DNA of 63,812 nucleotides, counting the filler, from Rhabdomonas costata (taxonomy: Eukaryota), in the NCBI GenBank assembly GCA_019059605.1. It is 24 parts of 24 records of this genome, joined end to end, with 100 filler letters (N's around TTAATTAATTAA, not from the genome) between each part and the next. Parts side by side here need not be neighbours in the genome. Positions count along the whole stretch, not along the records: positions 10,843 to 13,398 come from JAHMHO010002881.1; positions 13,499 to 16,053 come from JAHMHO010002882.1; positions 16,154 to 18,709 come from JAHMHO010002883.1; positions 18,810 to 21,364 come from JAHMHO010002884.1; positions 21,465 to 24,009 come from JAHMHO010002885.1; 19 more parts are not named here. One strand, given 5' to 3'. Both the position numbers and the translations under genes were made by a program. Within the stretch, counting starts at the first letter, position 1. The number at the start of each line of letters is the position of its first letter. Below, in pieces: positions 10,843 through 24,109 of this stretch. The notes below the pieces were generated by a model. The model saw only the letters and a program-made list of their open reading frames with translations. It was not told the DNA's origin and did no database searches.

Positions 10843-13061
10843 GAGGCGATCATGGAGATGGTGATTTCCAAGCTTGGCACCATCGAGAAGACCCAGAAGG
10901 AGAGCCAGGTCTTCGACAAGGTGTGCATTTATCAGAGCCGCGGGAGGGTCATCAATTCACTTGCGCTGAATAATGATGTCGATTTACCCAGTAGCTCACT
11001 GGCTCCAGCTGTCATCCTATCACTTTTGCGCACGCCAACTAACGCCCCACAGGTCCGAGAACAGTACCAGCAGAAGGCCGCGGAGGAGGCGACCAAGCAG
11101 AACGAGAGCAAGGACCAGCTCAAGAAGCGGTGTGCCAGAGCATCCCATCTCCCACTACTTTCTCAGAACACAGAACATTTTGCTAGCGACGTTGTGGTTT
11201 CTGGAAGCCGCCCAAGGCTGAATCCATGTGTGCACCGTGGTGGGTCCCCGCAGGTGCGAGGCGGACCTGAAGAAGATCTTCGCGCTGAAGGAGCGGGTGG
11301 ATGCCGTGGAGAAGGCCACCGTGGAGAAGCTCGCCGAGGAGCGCAAGCGCTCCGACCAGTTCCTGACGGTGCCTTCCCCACCCTTCTCCAATCTCCCTCT
11401 GGGAAAAGACGTTTTTCTTTGCGTTTTTTTTTTGGAGGGGTGGGGTATACAGACTTCAGACGTCTTAAAGCTGTCATTTAGACGTGCTTTTTCATGATCA
11501 TGGCATCGGGGGAGATTTTTTTTCACCCACATTACCGTTTTTAATCTGGCGGAGACCCTTTTACTGCAAAATGCGGAGGTTCTGTTTGTTGTCATCTCTT
11601 GCCAGTTTCTTCGTTCCAGTGCTGAAACCGAGAGCACCAGTAGTATCTTTGGGGGACCGTGTTCTGCCCCATATGCCTTTGCCGGCACTTGCCCCCCACC
11701 CCCCACTCCCTGATCGACACAATACTTACCAAGAGTCAATGCACATCGAAACTGTGAAAAAAAAAGAGAGAAGAGAAGAGACACACGGTGATGTATTGTG
11801 TTTGTTTCCACCCTTGAAGAGAATTTATCGGCAACCGAGATGTGCGGCTGGTGTTCTGTGCCTGATGGGTGGTGGTGGGTGCGTCACCGCAGGACAACGC
11901 CGCGCAGCAGCAGCTGACGTGGGCCAAGATTGAGGAGCTCGAACGCGAGCTGGAAAGACTGGAGAAGGAGCGCTACGCTGAGTTCAAGAAGCGCGTGCTG
12001 GACAAGGACAAGGACGAACACCGCAGAATGGTACGTGTGTGTGTCACGGCAGTTGCTGGCCCGATGTTACGACGGAGCATTGGGGTTTTGCCATAAAAAT
12101 GATTCCTTGCAGAGAATCAGCCGCTGTTTTAATTGAGACATGGAAGGCCCCTCCCCGCTCACAAGTCATTTTTACTATTGGCAGAGGTGTGCGCAGAGTG
12201 GCACTTGGCAGGGGCTGGGCATGAGGCCTTGGGGGTGGGTTTGAAAGGAGTATGAAAAGTTCTGCCAAGTCGTCGATGGCCACAGCCAGCTCCTTGACCT
12301 CACCATCCGCAACTGCGATACTGCGATGCACTGCATTGCCCTTGTGGCGGGTGTGCTGTGCCTCCCCCACGCTCTCCCCTTTTGCCTGCTTTCGCAAAGG
12401 CATCATATATCTTATTAAAAAATTTGCTCTTTCTTTTTTTTGTCTCTCTGCTGCGGCTACTGCCCAACAACGCATTCGTTCCTTGCAGCGCGCTCTCCAG
12501 AAAGTTCTAGTTTCAAAACTTTCTGGGTGCCGCATTAGGTAATTGAAGATTCTTTGTTCGCTCCTCGAAGACTGTTTTGGCTATGTGATTCCGTTTGCGG
12601 TCTGGCCGAATGCTGTCAGAGTTCGTCAACTCGGGCTTCAACACCCTGGGCTCGGAGCTTTCCCGGAAGAACAAGGAGCTCAGCGAACTGTTGATTGAGG
12701 TTGTCACCCGTCCCCATTTTTTCCTGTCAGCTGCTTCCATATGCATCCCGACACTTTCAGCCATCTTCTTCCCGAATGGGGTGATGAATCAAAGGACGCT
12801 GAATCACCACTGCATATTTTCTGATCTTGTTATGGAGAGTTCACACAGCGTTTTGTGTATCGTGGTGCATTGGCCCTCAGCACCCTTTCGGTACTTTCTT
12901 TGGTTGAAGGGTTGCGTGCTGTTTCACACGCACACGCACTCACAAACACAGTCGCACAAGCAGCACCTGGAGATGTTCCGAGGGCTGTACCTCACTCTGG
13001 GCGAGCTTGCCCACAAGAAGGACAAGAGGATCGAGGAGATTGACAAGGCGATCCAGACCAG
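10843..13061 (+). CDS. Paraflagellar rod (PFR-family) protein, internal fragment, 7 exons
   Basis: The in-frame spliced coiled coil includes EYEKFCQVVDGHSQLLDLTIRNCD and HLEMFRGLYLTLGELAHKKDKRIEEIDKAIQT, resembling the PFR LYLTLGxLxxKKxKRxEEID motif. Six GT-AG introns; the last donor appears to be GC. Confidence 0.85.
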
Positions 13062-13814
13062 GCACTGCCACCCACAAACATCCCTGCATCCTCTTTGCCG
13101 CATCTCGTCCACATCTGCCGCCGTTTCCCCATGCAGCGTTGTTTGGCTCCCTCCCCCAACCGCACCATGGAAGGGTTTTTTGGGGAGGAGCTAATTCTGA
13201 AACTCTGAGGAGGAAGGAAAGGTGCCCTCTTTCACTTGCCGAGCAGTGGAAGATGAGCCGTGTAGTCATTTTGTGTTAGTAGCGCATCTTCGTTTTTGAT
13301 TTCATGAAATAAACGTGTGCACTGGGTCATGGCAAAATTCTTTGAATTTGGTACTTCAAATGTATTCAAGCATAAATCTGCGCACTCCTCGCTGCTCTNN
13401 NNNNNNNNNNNNNNNNNNNNNNNNNNNNNNNNNNNNNNNNNNTTAATTAATTAANNNNNNNNNNNNNNNNNNNNNNNNNNNNNNNNNNNNNNNNNNNNCA
13501 ACGTGAGATTTTGCTCACTATTACCAATCCTTTCTGTCGGATCTGGGTTCGCAGAGGGTATGCTTTTGTTCGGGCTAGATCTGCGGAATAAGATCAATCT
13601 GACGTGGTAGTTTCGAATGCGCATGTTTCTAGACGTGCAGTTTTCATACACGCGATTACATTTATCGCGCTGCTCGTGCTAACTGCAGTGAGCGCCATAG
13701 CGCAGAGCTGCACAGCTGTGGTCTGCCATGAACCCTATTTCTGAGCTGGCCTTTCCGGGCAATGCACCCATTGTCTGCTGATTTGGTTGTTGGGAACTCG
13801 TTCAGGGACTCAGC

Positions 13815-15970
13815 GTGGTGGAAGTTGGTGCAGAACTGAGTGTTCAGCCCTCAGCGGCCCCCACCCCGCCCGCGGCGGGGAAGGTTCGGCTGTGGGAGGG
13901 CCCCGAGCCGGGGCCCCCTGACCCGGGTTGCACAGTCCTGGGGATGACAAGATATCACTGGACGGTCATCCTGGCCGCCTGGCTGGGTTGGGGCTTCGAC
14001 GTCTTTGACGGTAGCGCAGCGCACAAATGCTCATCTTGTGTGGGCCGGGAGTGTGAGAGTGCGTGGTGTGTTGCAGTTGTTCCAAGGACCGCTGGTCGAT
14101 CTGCACCCCGAGATCGCGGCCAGGCAGGAGGGAATTCGAAAGCCCTGTTGAAACAACCACAGCAATGCTTAATACCCCTGTGTGTGTGTGCGCGCGCGGT
14201 TGATCATCGTTTGTAACGGTGCTTTTTTGTTCCCACTGAATGCTCCCCCCCCATACAGAGTGGCTGTCGTCTTTTTAAGCAGTTTATGAACAAGATGGAA
14301 GGGGTTTTCTTTTGAGCTATTTTCCCTCGTTGTGGGGTAACCACCATTTTACTGAATTTCCTGTGGGGTTGTGTGCAGCTTTGAGTTTCGGAGTTTTCCC
14401 ATCTTTTTTTTTTGGGCCGCTCCATGTGCAGGGTTTTTGTTCAATTTCGTGGCTCCGTCGTGTGTGCCCACCTTGCTGGGGGTTCCGCTGGGCACCAAGG
14501 AGGCTACTGCCGTTACTCAGCAGTGGACTGGCATCCTCACGGCAATTATGCTGGCGACGTGGGGCCTGGGTGGAGCCGTATTCGGGTGCCTTTCACAGAG
14601 AGAGAGTTAAAGTGAGAGTGGGATGCAGCTGAGAGGATTGCAGGGCGTTGAACGAGGAGGACACGGTTTTGTAGACTTGAAATTTCATATATGCGCTTGC
14701 GGTGACGTTCATATCATCGCCCACTCGTGGTGTCACTTCTCTGTGATCATCAGAGGGACCAGGACCAGTCTGGGTTAGCGACTTGCAATATGCGAGAGAT
14801 TTCAGGTTGTCGGTTTTGCAACAGATGTCACTGTGTTGCTAACGATTTTCTTCTGCTCCATGTTGATACTGGTTATTGATTCTATGGCACCTAACACTTA
14901 GCCAACATCAGGTCAAAGCCATCAGACAGACCAGGCGCGCAAGCACTTGTGGGGGCAAACTCCCCATACCGAGGGCATGACAGGGTGGTAAACGACGTGT
15001 GAACGACAATAGGTCAGTAGACTTTGGGCACGTATGCAGACCCCGCTGCAGGCAGGTACTACTCGAGAATCGAGGGTCGAAAATATAACCTCCAGATCAG
15101 CTGGCTCAGTATGCTTAATGCACACACGCTCACATGCAAACACGCATCCTCCGCCAGCACTATTGCGGACCGGTTTGGCCGCACCCGGACTCTTCTGATG
15201 ACCATGGCGACCTACTCCCTGGGCACTGCAGCGTGCGCAGCCGCGCCCAACATGGGACTGTTCGTGCTGTTCCGGATCATCGCCAGCTTGGGCATCGGCG
15301 GAGAGTGGGCAGCCGGAGCCACCCTGGTTGCCGAGGTGGTGCCCGACAAGCACAGGGTGGCTGCCGGAGTTGCGCTGTATACCGCTGCCCCGCTGGGGCT
15401 CTGCTTGGCTGCCGTGGTCAATCTAATCATTTCTGGGGTACGCGCCCTGCTCACTCCTCACTCCACCAGAGTAAAAGATATTGCCATACTGTTTCTAAGT
15501 TTCCAGTAAAAAGTTTTGCTTTCAGTCATCGCCTTATCTATTACCAAAACCCGTGGTCAGACGGAAAATAACTGCGCCGGTATGTAAAAATTTAAGGAAA
15601 AATTAAATGTGAGAAATCCTTTTTCCAAGAACGAAATTAAAAACGCAAGAGAGTCTATCTTCCCCACGGAAGTGATGCCAGAGTGTTGAATGTTCAATCG
15701 AACGCACCACGGAAGGAAATCGCGGAAGGAAACAGATCCGGTCCATGCCTTTGCACAGTTGAAGTAAGCAGGTAAGTCGCTTTTGCAATTCCCAACAGAT
15801 GGTCACCGCGGATCCCCATACCTCCTGGAGGTTTGTATTCCTGGCTGGACTTTTGCCCGCGGCCATTGCCGGGGCAGTTAGACTGGCCGTGGGCGAGCCT
15901 GAGGCCTGGCTCGCCGCGGTCTCTACACGGGAACCTACCGCAACTACCACGGCGACTTCCCCAGACCCGG
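13815..15970 (+). CDS. Major facilitator superfamily transporter, N-terminal half, at least 4 exons
   Basis: YHWTVILAAWLGWGFDVFDG|FLFNFVAPSCVPTLL, motif A (GTIADRFGRTRTL), FRIIASLGIGGEWAAGATLVAEVVP and SWRFVFLAGLLP. Three phase-compatible GT-AG introns. Start codon uncertain (possibly 13944). Confidence 0.9.
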
Positions 15971-17904
15971 TCGCAGCAGCTCCTGCTCTCTGTGGACCAC
16001 ACCCCATCCCCTCCCACTAGCCCCCTGCTGGCCCCGCTGCGGGACACACACACNNNNNNNNNNNNNNNNNNNNNNNNNNNNNNNNNNNNNNNNNNNNTTA
16101 ATTAATTAANNNNNNNNNNNNNNNNNNNNNNNNNNNNNNNNNNNNNNNNNNNNGTTGGTTGGAGCTGGAAGCGTCGACGAGGCGGGCAATGCCATTTCGG
16201 AGAAGGGCAGCTGCAGAGCCAAGCCATTGTCTTTGAAAGAAAGTTCCAAGTAAGGGTAATACTGGCGACGGATGGTGGGGTATCTACGAGCAACGAAAAG
16301 TGATGAACATTTGCAAACGAACGGGAAGAGTTATGGATGTTGTGCAGTTCGTGCCTTGTGGTTCTGGGTGGTGGATCAAGCGTCGCTGTGTGCTGTGTTG
16401 TGGTGGGCGTTTGCAATGTGGCCATGGTGGGTGAATACGGGCTGACGCTCGCTCCGCAAATCAAAAATGGAAAGTCCTCAAGAGACAACGTTAGGTTTCA
16501 GGCGTCCCAAACAGCTAAGGCGAAAAAAGAAAGAAGAAAGAAGAAAGAAAACAGAACCTGAACGTGTGCGTATACTGCCATTCATTCGCCCCCAACGCCT
16601 TTGCGACCTGTCGCAACCAGAGTTTACAACGGGGTACATCGGCTAAGGTGACCAGTTTCGGGGAGCCCTTCCACACAGAAACTCACATCTTGCCGTGCGA
16701 GGTGGAAAACCTTGACGTGCAGCAGTAGGAGCTCTGAATTACAGAAATCTTCAAACCTGCGTTGAGGTGTAGCTGCGCCCCTAACTATTGACTAACTAAA
16801 AGTGGGGAATAAGGCCAAAAAAAAACGAGATGCGAGGCCGAATGCAACGAAACGTAATACACATATTAAAGGTACACTCTGTGTGCACTGAACTCAGAGA
16901 AAGCAATCGTGAGCAAAATATCTCAAAAACTTCTTTCTTCAGTGCGTTTTCGTTGTAGTTCTTTCTGATGCCATTCGTGGTGGTGATGCTCGGACCCACC
17001 CTTACCGCCACCGCCCTGTTATGCAGCAGTGGTGAGATCAGATCCACACTTGTGACAGAACAAGTAGTAGCACATGACGTTTGACGCCCGGAAGGAGCCG
17101 AAGAGCACGGGCACGAAGAAAATGGACATGAAGGCCCACCTCATGGTTCTGGATGGGAACATGTTAAATCAGCCATTTTAATCCTACAGATGAGTACTAA
17201 AAACCACTTTTGTGCCCTCTCAAAAAACTGCATCGGGTTTGGAAAGCTGATGACTTTAGAATTCCAGGAACTCTTGAAACGTTAAACCCATACGACAGAG
17301 AGTGCTGGTGCCACCTGGAACCCCCATTCAAGTGCATTTTGGATAGCCCCTTCCCCCTTCCCCCAAGGTAAGCCAATAGAAGCTTTTGCAGGGAGTTTGG
17401 CGAGCACGCTTCCCATAGAAGCCTTTACCGGGGGTAAGGTATCCCTCTTACCAAGGTCGAGGTCACCAAATCTTAATGCTGAGAGAGTGTCACACACAGC
17501 CGCGAAAACCCTGCACCTCAAATAGCGTGTGACCCTGAGGTCCATTCTTCAAGCAGAAAGGCATCGCTTTGTGTTTGGTTAACCCCTTGTTTGTAGCCAG
17601 CGGGGTTGGGTGAAGTCTAGGACATGAGAGGTCTGGAAACCCCAACCCATATCATAAAAAAGGCATCCCCATTTGATTCTCACCGGAACGGTGAGCACAA
17701 CATTCAATACCGATGGTGCTTCATCTTCAGTTGGAAGGTCCTGTCCCTCTTGCGCAAGGTAACATATCTGTGCCACAACAGTTTTGAGAATACACATGAA
17801 AGTCCGAAACTCACGTCAAAACTTTTCGGTGAAGCGGCAAAAAGCCATAAGCGAACATACACCGGCAGATGGTCAAAAAGGGTGCAAGGACGGCTAAAAG
17901 ACAA

Positions 17905-18708
17905 TCATTCCTCATCTTTGATTTCACAAGCTCTGTACAAAAACCAAGATGAAAAAGCTGAACAGAAGCGCGAGGTCGCAATCATTTGAGTCCCGATATC
18001 ACTGATCCTATTCTCACGGATAGCCACGAATGCCAGACTGGGAAAGAAAACAGAAGCCATCATGGCTTCCACTCCCGTGTCACCGATCAGATTACAGCTC
18101 AAATCAACGCCCTTCAACTTCGGGAACACAGCAGAAGCCGCAAAGGCAAGGATTCCAGCATCTCCGATTTTATTCCCACGCATACTCAAGGTAGTGAGGT
18201 TGGTAAAGAAAAAAGAAGCGGCCAGGGCTTGCATCCCTGCATCTCCGACCTCGTTGTTGCTCAGATTCAAGTACGTGAGGTTGGGGAAGAAAGGGGAATT
18301 GGAAAACGATTGGATACCCGGATCCCCTATCTGGCAAAACCCCAATTCCAGTGCCTTGAGATTGGGAAAAAAAGAAGATGCGGCCAGCGCTTCCAATCCG
18401 GCATCCCCGATGGATGCTACATCCAAATTCAAGTGTGAGAGACTGGGGGAGTAAGCTGACGCTGCAAGCACGCGGACTCCAGAAGCACCAATCCCATTCA
18501 CGGCCGCATTCAAGGACGAGAGATTGGGGAAGAAAGAAGCAGTGGCGATCGCTTGCAATCCTGCACTCCCCATTCCGGTCATACCCACATTCAAAGAACT
18601 AAGGTTCGAAAACAGGGAAGAAGCTGCCAGCGAGTGCGCTCCTGCAATCCCAAATTGGTTGCCGTACAAATCCAGGACCCTCAACTTGGGAAAGTAAGAC
18701 AAACCCAA
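17905..18708 (-). CDS. Leucine-rich repeat protein (28-aa RI-like repeats), C-terminal part
   Basis: About 9 tandem repeats of SxxFPNLxxLxLxxNxIGDxGxxALAA in an uninterrupted 267-codon ORF. Confidence 0.9.
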   Translation of the reverse strand: MGLSYFPKLRVLDLYGNQFGIAGAHSLAASSLFSNLSSLNVGMTGMGSAGLQAIATASFFPNLSSLNAAVNGIGASGVRVLAASAYSPSLSHLNLDVASIGDAGLEALAASSFFPNLKALELGFCQIGDPGIQSFSNSPFFPNLTYLNLSNNEVGDAGMQALAASFFFTNLTTLSMRGNKIGDAGILAFAASAVFPKLKGVDLSCNLIGDTGVEAMMASVFFPSLAFVAIRENRISDIGTQMIATSRFCSAFSSWFLYRACEIKDEE

Positions 18709-19282
18709 CNNNNNNNNNNNNNNNNNNNNNNNNNNNNNNNNNNNNNNNNNNNNTTAATTAATTAANNNNNNNNNNNNNNNNNNNNNNNNNNNNNNNNNNN
18801 NNNNNNNNNGGTTTTTGTGATTTCAGAAGATGGGTCATGATGAATCAAGGCTGAAATCGAAGCCTGAGATAAAAATGAGACAAAATAGTATTTTTGAAGT
18901 TACTTTGGAGTTGTGGAAAAGAAACTGCAACACGAACTTGGTCAAGCCAAGCTGCGAATTCTTTGGTCTGCTGGCCACTGTGGCCACTTCGCATCGAGAA
19001 TTCACCCGCAACGTTTGCCTCCAGACGGCGGACGGTGGGCGCAAAAAAAAAAGCACCAGAAAAAACTCCATTTCTCTTGACGTGCAGCTGTAACACGGCA
19101 GGTTTCCACCTGTGTATGTGTGTGCGTGATTCTTTTCCGTCTTTTCGAACAAACAGACGCAACTGTCCCTAATTCAAGAAGAAAACGTGTTTCCACGAAT
19201 AACATTTGAATTATAAGGCTATAAAATTCTGCTGACCGCTGACCCCCTCCCCCTGTACCTTCTCTTTCTCTTTCACTTCGCA

Positions 19283-21314
19283 GGGGACTACCTGCCCGCG
19301 CTTGTCGGGACCTTCTCGCTGGGCGAGAACTTCGTAGGCTACCTGGACGAGGTTGTCGTGATGGTGGAGACCACTCCCACCTTCTCCGCCACCGTTGTGC
19401 CCGTGTTCCCGCACCGCATGGACTACCTCGGCGGCACCGTGGTGGCGTATTGGCGGTTCAACGAGGGCCCCGGGGTGAGCCGCTTGGCCGACACCGCGCC
19501 GTCACAGCTGTGCGCCCTGAACGTCACCTCGGGATGGCCGCTGTCCTTCGTCCCCGGGGTCCTGGGAGGTTCGGCTGCCCCTCCTTTCCCACCCACTCGC
19601 CGGCTTAGCGCGTCTGAATGTCGCGATGATGCTACGGGCGGTTGGTCAGTGAGAGATGTCTGGAATCGACGTAGAATTCCCTTTCACGGGCACGTGCTCT
19701 GTCCTTCGTTCCAATGTTCCAATGGAGGGCGATTGCATATGGAACCAAATCTTAGAGCGGCTGTTATCGGGTGCAAAAGCAACTTGAGCAAATGCACACA
19801 CACACACGTTCAGAAACATGCGCATGCTTTTACCACTTCCTTACTCCAAATTGTTCCCAGCGCCATTTGCATCGCGCAGTTCGAAACTTTTATTGGGTCA
19901 ACCCCCGCACACACGCGTTATACCCCTTTCTGCGATAGGTCTGCTGAAGACGGGCTCGGAGTTCCTCGCTCCACTTCCGCAGCCTCTGAACGTTCCCCTG
20001 AAGGCCGAGGGCTACCACTCCGGGGTGTACGCCCTGAGGATCTCCACAGCCTTTGGCTTTGCCATGAGCCACGACGTGGAGTCATCTGTCGGGTGCGTTT
20101 GCCGGCCTTGTGTGTTTCTGCTGTGAGCAAGTGAAAGGGGACTCTGCTGCTCTTGCTCTCTGCCTTCATTTCTTGTGAGCTTGTGTAGCATTCCATATAG
20201 TGGTGTTACGAGGCCCACCGCTAACCTTTCTGGCCTTCGTGCGCAATCACCTGCGAGGAGTTTAACCGAAGGTTGGGGAGCACGCAGGCAGCAGGGAACC
20301 TCCTGTGTGCGACAACATTAAAGGGCAGGGTGGTGACATCGGTGGCAAAAATTCAGCAACATTGATCAGAGCCAGCCCAGATTATTTTTTGCGACGGAGT
20401 TCAGTGGTCCCGTTCAGTTATCAACTTCCTCCCCGCAACTACCCGTGACAGGAAGGCTTCAAATTAAAATTTGCACCTCCCAAGCTCTGAGATACGACCA
20501 AAAGAGGACATCATTCTCTTATTTGCCACCGCACAACACGCGCACACAGACGCACACACACACAAGTAAACTGTTCGCTGCCTGCCCTGCTTTTTAACTT
20601 GCTTTGTGGGAGTGCGCCTGGTCTCCCACTGTGCCACTCAGGACCACGGTAACCCAGCTCAGCGACGACTTTATCACTGTGCTTTCGGGGAAAGTGTACG
20701 GCTCGGACTACTTGCTGGACCAATCTTATTTTGCCGCCAGCCTTGCGGGCTCGCTGAACTACACCCGCGGTGGTATGCCTGACTGCCCGACTCGCTCACG
20801 ATGTTCAATGCGCGTGTATGTGTGTGTGGTTTTTTTAGCATAGTCGGCTTTGCTCTGGGAATACTGTTCACAAAGGAAGCGAAGAAGTTGTGGTGCATTT
20901 CTGTTGTGGTGGCAGGACAGCCCGCTTCCCATACTGTGTCTGATCCGAAATGGAAGTGGTCCATTTGAAGATTGCTGATAGAAATGTTTTTGTACCCGAA
21001 GTTCCTACTGTCTTTTTTGTATACTCTGCGTTGGGAGTTTTGCTTTTCGCGTTTTTTTTTGCAGCTAAAAATTGCATCAGCCTGTCCCAGGCTGGACTCT
21101 CCACAGCCGTGGGAACGGGGCAGACTTATTACTTCACCACCTCCGCGCCGCTGACTAGCATCTCTTCGTTCGAGTTCTTCCTGAATTTCGCCCCAGCCGC
21201 GTCCTCCACGGTGACCGCCTCCGAGCTTGTCGTCACCATCACCACTCCCTCGGGCGTCACCACCTCGAACCTCTTCTCAGGGTCTTCTGGGGACTATATC
21301 TACACCACCACAGG
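19283..21314 (+). CDS. Large secreted/surface protein fragment with a LamG/concanavalin-like jelly-roll signature, 4 exons
   Basis: FVGYLDEVVV...VVAYWRFNEG motif. S/T-rich beta-type exons at about 19283-19568, 19939-20092, 20642-20772 and 21065-21313 join in phase through GT-AG introns. Confidence 0.65.
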
Positions 21315-21811
21315 TTGTACACACACTTCTTGCTCCGTACCCCTTATTGCAGCTCCTTCTTTGTNNNNNNNNNNNNNNNNNNNNNNNNNNNNNNNNNNNN
21401 NNNNNNNNTTAATTAATTAANNNNNNNNNNNNNNNNNNNNNNNNNNNNNNNNNNNNNNNNNNNNTGTTGGTGTGTTTGGGGGTTTGTTGAAGGCAGAAAA
21501 AGGTCAGATTTGTTGAAGAGAGGAGCATATTAGCTATCGTATGCCAGCTTCTGCTCTCCTTTCCGCTCAGCAAAGACAAGTAACAGGCATGATTGACTCA
21601 TTGATTAACTCTTTAGGCGTATCAGCACACCACATCACGATAAAACCTGAATATCCAGACATGGGGACGCCGGTGTTTGTTAAAAAAAATCGCACAATTT
21701 TGCATCACAGGTCAACAGCTACCCTCCGAAATATACATCCAATCCAAATATTACTCCTCAATGAAGCGAAAAATTCCCGTTGGCGAGGGCTGAAAGCCTT
21801 CTGGCGCATAC

Positions 21812-22817
21812 CCATCCACCGGGTGGAGTTTGTGACCACCTCAACAAGCTCATCCCGAGAGATGTAGCCATTGCCGTCCGCGTCATACATCGAAAAGACA
21901 ACTGCGCGGAAAAGCGATAAAAAAAACGCTGTCCACAAACGGTGCCACTAATGCGATAATTTCGGAAACCGAAACACTGCTTTCCTTCTGTTTCTTACAG
22001 AATATCTGCATACCCCAAAGCGATCACTGCGTTCCTAATATTCAATGGGGAGGCAGATTTTCGGACTCCAATCAGAAACCAAGCAAGGAACCAAAACGAG
22101 GCACCCTAAGAAATTAGGAAAAAACCAAAAATTAACTGGAAGCTGATCACACCTAAAAACTTTGCACACGATTTGGACTTCATCGACGAGTGAGCGAGTC
22201 ACCAAACGAGCGTTTGTTTTCCAGTCCAGCTGCCGGCACATCCGTCTGCACATTCGGATCACACATTCATTCGTCCGTTAACACAGGCAGCAGACACGAC
22301 ACACGATCCAAAACCATCCAAAATAGCGACGACAAGCACCAGGGGAAGCAGCTTTGGAAGTTGAGAGAGGGACACAACATACTGTCAAAGAGTTCGTCCG
22401 TGGAAAACACAATGCCCAGGTGGTACTGAAGGTACTCCTTGAAGGTGATATACCCATCCCTGTCCCTGTCATACCCTCGGAACAGCTGCTCGTACGTCTC
22501 TTGGGTATCAACCTTCTTGAAGATCGCAAGCTCCTCTAAACATGCACGAACATGCATGCCATACACATGAGACTGATGTCTGGAGCAAAGAAGGCACCCC
22601 GCACATGGATGCATATACGTGTGCACATACACGTGACGGCAACGAAAGCTACAAGAACAGTACCGATGTACTTCTTGAACTCCTTCTTGCCCATCTTTCC
22701 GTTGGGGGCGTGCTTGTGGTAGATCTTGTACATGTGCTTGATCTCCTTCTCGTCGAACTTGCCCTTGATCGTGTCCTTGTACTCGTGCATCTTCTCCTTA
22801 GAGATGTTCTTCCCCAT
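21812..22817 (-). CDS. Neuronal calcium sensor/recoverin/calcineurin-B-like EF-hand protein, 3 exons seen, 3' partial
   Basis: MGKNIS myristoylation-like N-terminus; EF-hand loops DRDRDGYITFKE and DADGNGYISRDE; GT-AG introns join in phase. Confidence 0.9.
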
Positions 22818-24109
22818 TTTCTGGAGGGACCTCGGGAGGAAGCTCTTCTAGGTCTTTTGGCAGTGGTAGTGGGAACGGGGGGGGGTCAGAAATATAGTTA
22901 ACAAGAGAAAAAAGCACTGATGGTTGGGCTGCTGAAGAAGGAAGCCAGAGCACGTGTGTGAGTGACCAGAAGAAAGAGCACCCGTTACAGCTGGAAAGAG
23001 TCGTCCTTTATATCTGAATCAGCCCCAATCAGAGGAAGTTACGTGCGAGCAGGCTACGCATCACAGTCACAGGGTTTCAGACGAACATCATTCCAAAAAA
23101 GAACAAGAAGTAGGAGACAAATCAGTGGCATCGGACCGTTGATGTCTCTCCCGCATCAGTGCATCAAGGGATTTCGTGGGGAAGCATCCCGTTCACCTGA
23201 CGCCGCCCAGTGTTACGACCCTTTTGGTTCCGCGCTCGGACCTCTGGGCCTCTCTTCCCCCACAGAAGCCTCCAGTAGAGCCTCCACAACTGGCACAACT
23301 ATCTGCAATTTCAACCTTTCTTTAATAGGTGTTTCTTCCCCGCAGAGCCACTGCCATCCTCCTGCTCGGCTGCCGTCCGTCTCGCTGCTTCATTTGGCCA
23401 GTAGGCTTTATCCAGCAAACCGAAGCCTTCACTGTCTTAACAGCTGCACCGGAGAGTGAAACCAAACAGAACAGAATAGCTAACATATTCATACGTTCCG
23501 CACAGGTCTCTCGGCTAGAACACATAAAACAGCATAGCGAGTGGGAAAAACAGGAGAGGCGAGCAGGGGATTTCCGCTGAGGTCCGACGAAACGGACGTC
23601 CACGGTGCGCAAATAATACGAAGCCAGCAGCACATATTCACGCAAGGTTCTTGAGTCGCTCAAGGATCTCGGGGTGCTTAGCAGCTGAAAAGCCAGAAAA
23701 CAGAGCGGGAAAGCGGTTTAAAACTTTGTCGTGAATTGTTCTCCTTTAGTGGTTTTGAACCTCAAGCATCTCACCAACCACTGGTACTCAACACAGCTAC
23801 TCGAACCCAGCAAGCCGGGTCAAACTTGCCCTCGAAAAACCAGCGTCACAACCAGAGTCGTATCCAACCCACTCTTCATCCTGAGCGTTGAAAGAGGCAG
23901 AGTCCAGAGAGCATAAAAAAGGCAGTACAGAACCCCAGAGGGCCTCAAAGGCGGCAAATGCAAAATGCAACGGAGAGCCAGGGAAGGATGGAGGTGCCCA
24001 CAACCCCCCNNNNNNNNNNNNNNNNNNNNNNNNNNNNNNNNNNNNNNNNNNNNTTAATTAATTAANNNNNNNNNNNNNNNNNNNNNNNNNNNNNNNNNNN
24101 NNNNNNNNN

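Noticed and set aside
12781-12824. Box C (GTGATGA) plus two CTGA motifs in a PFR intron, suggesting a C/D snoRNA
   Set aside because: Only about 44 nt, with no clear C' box or terminal stem and no guide target I can verify.
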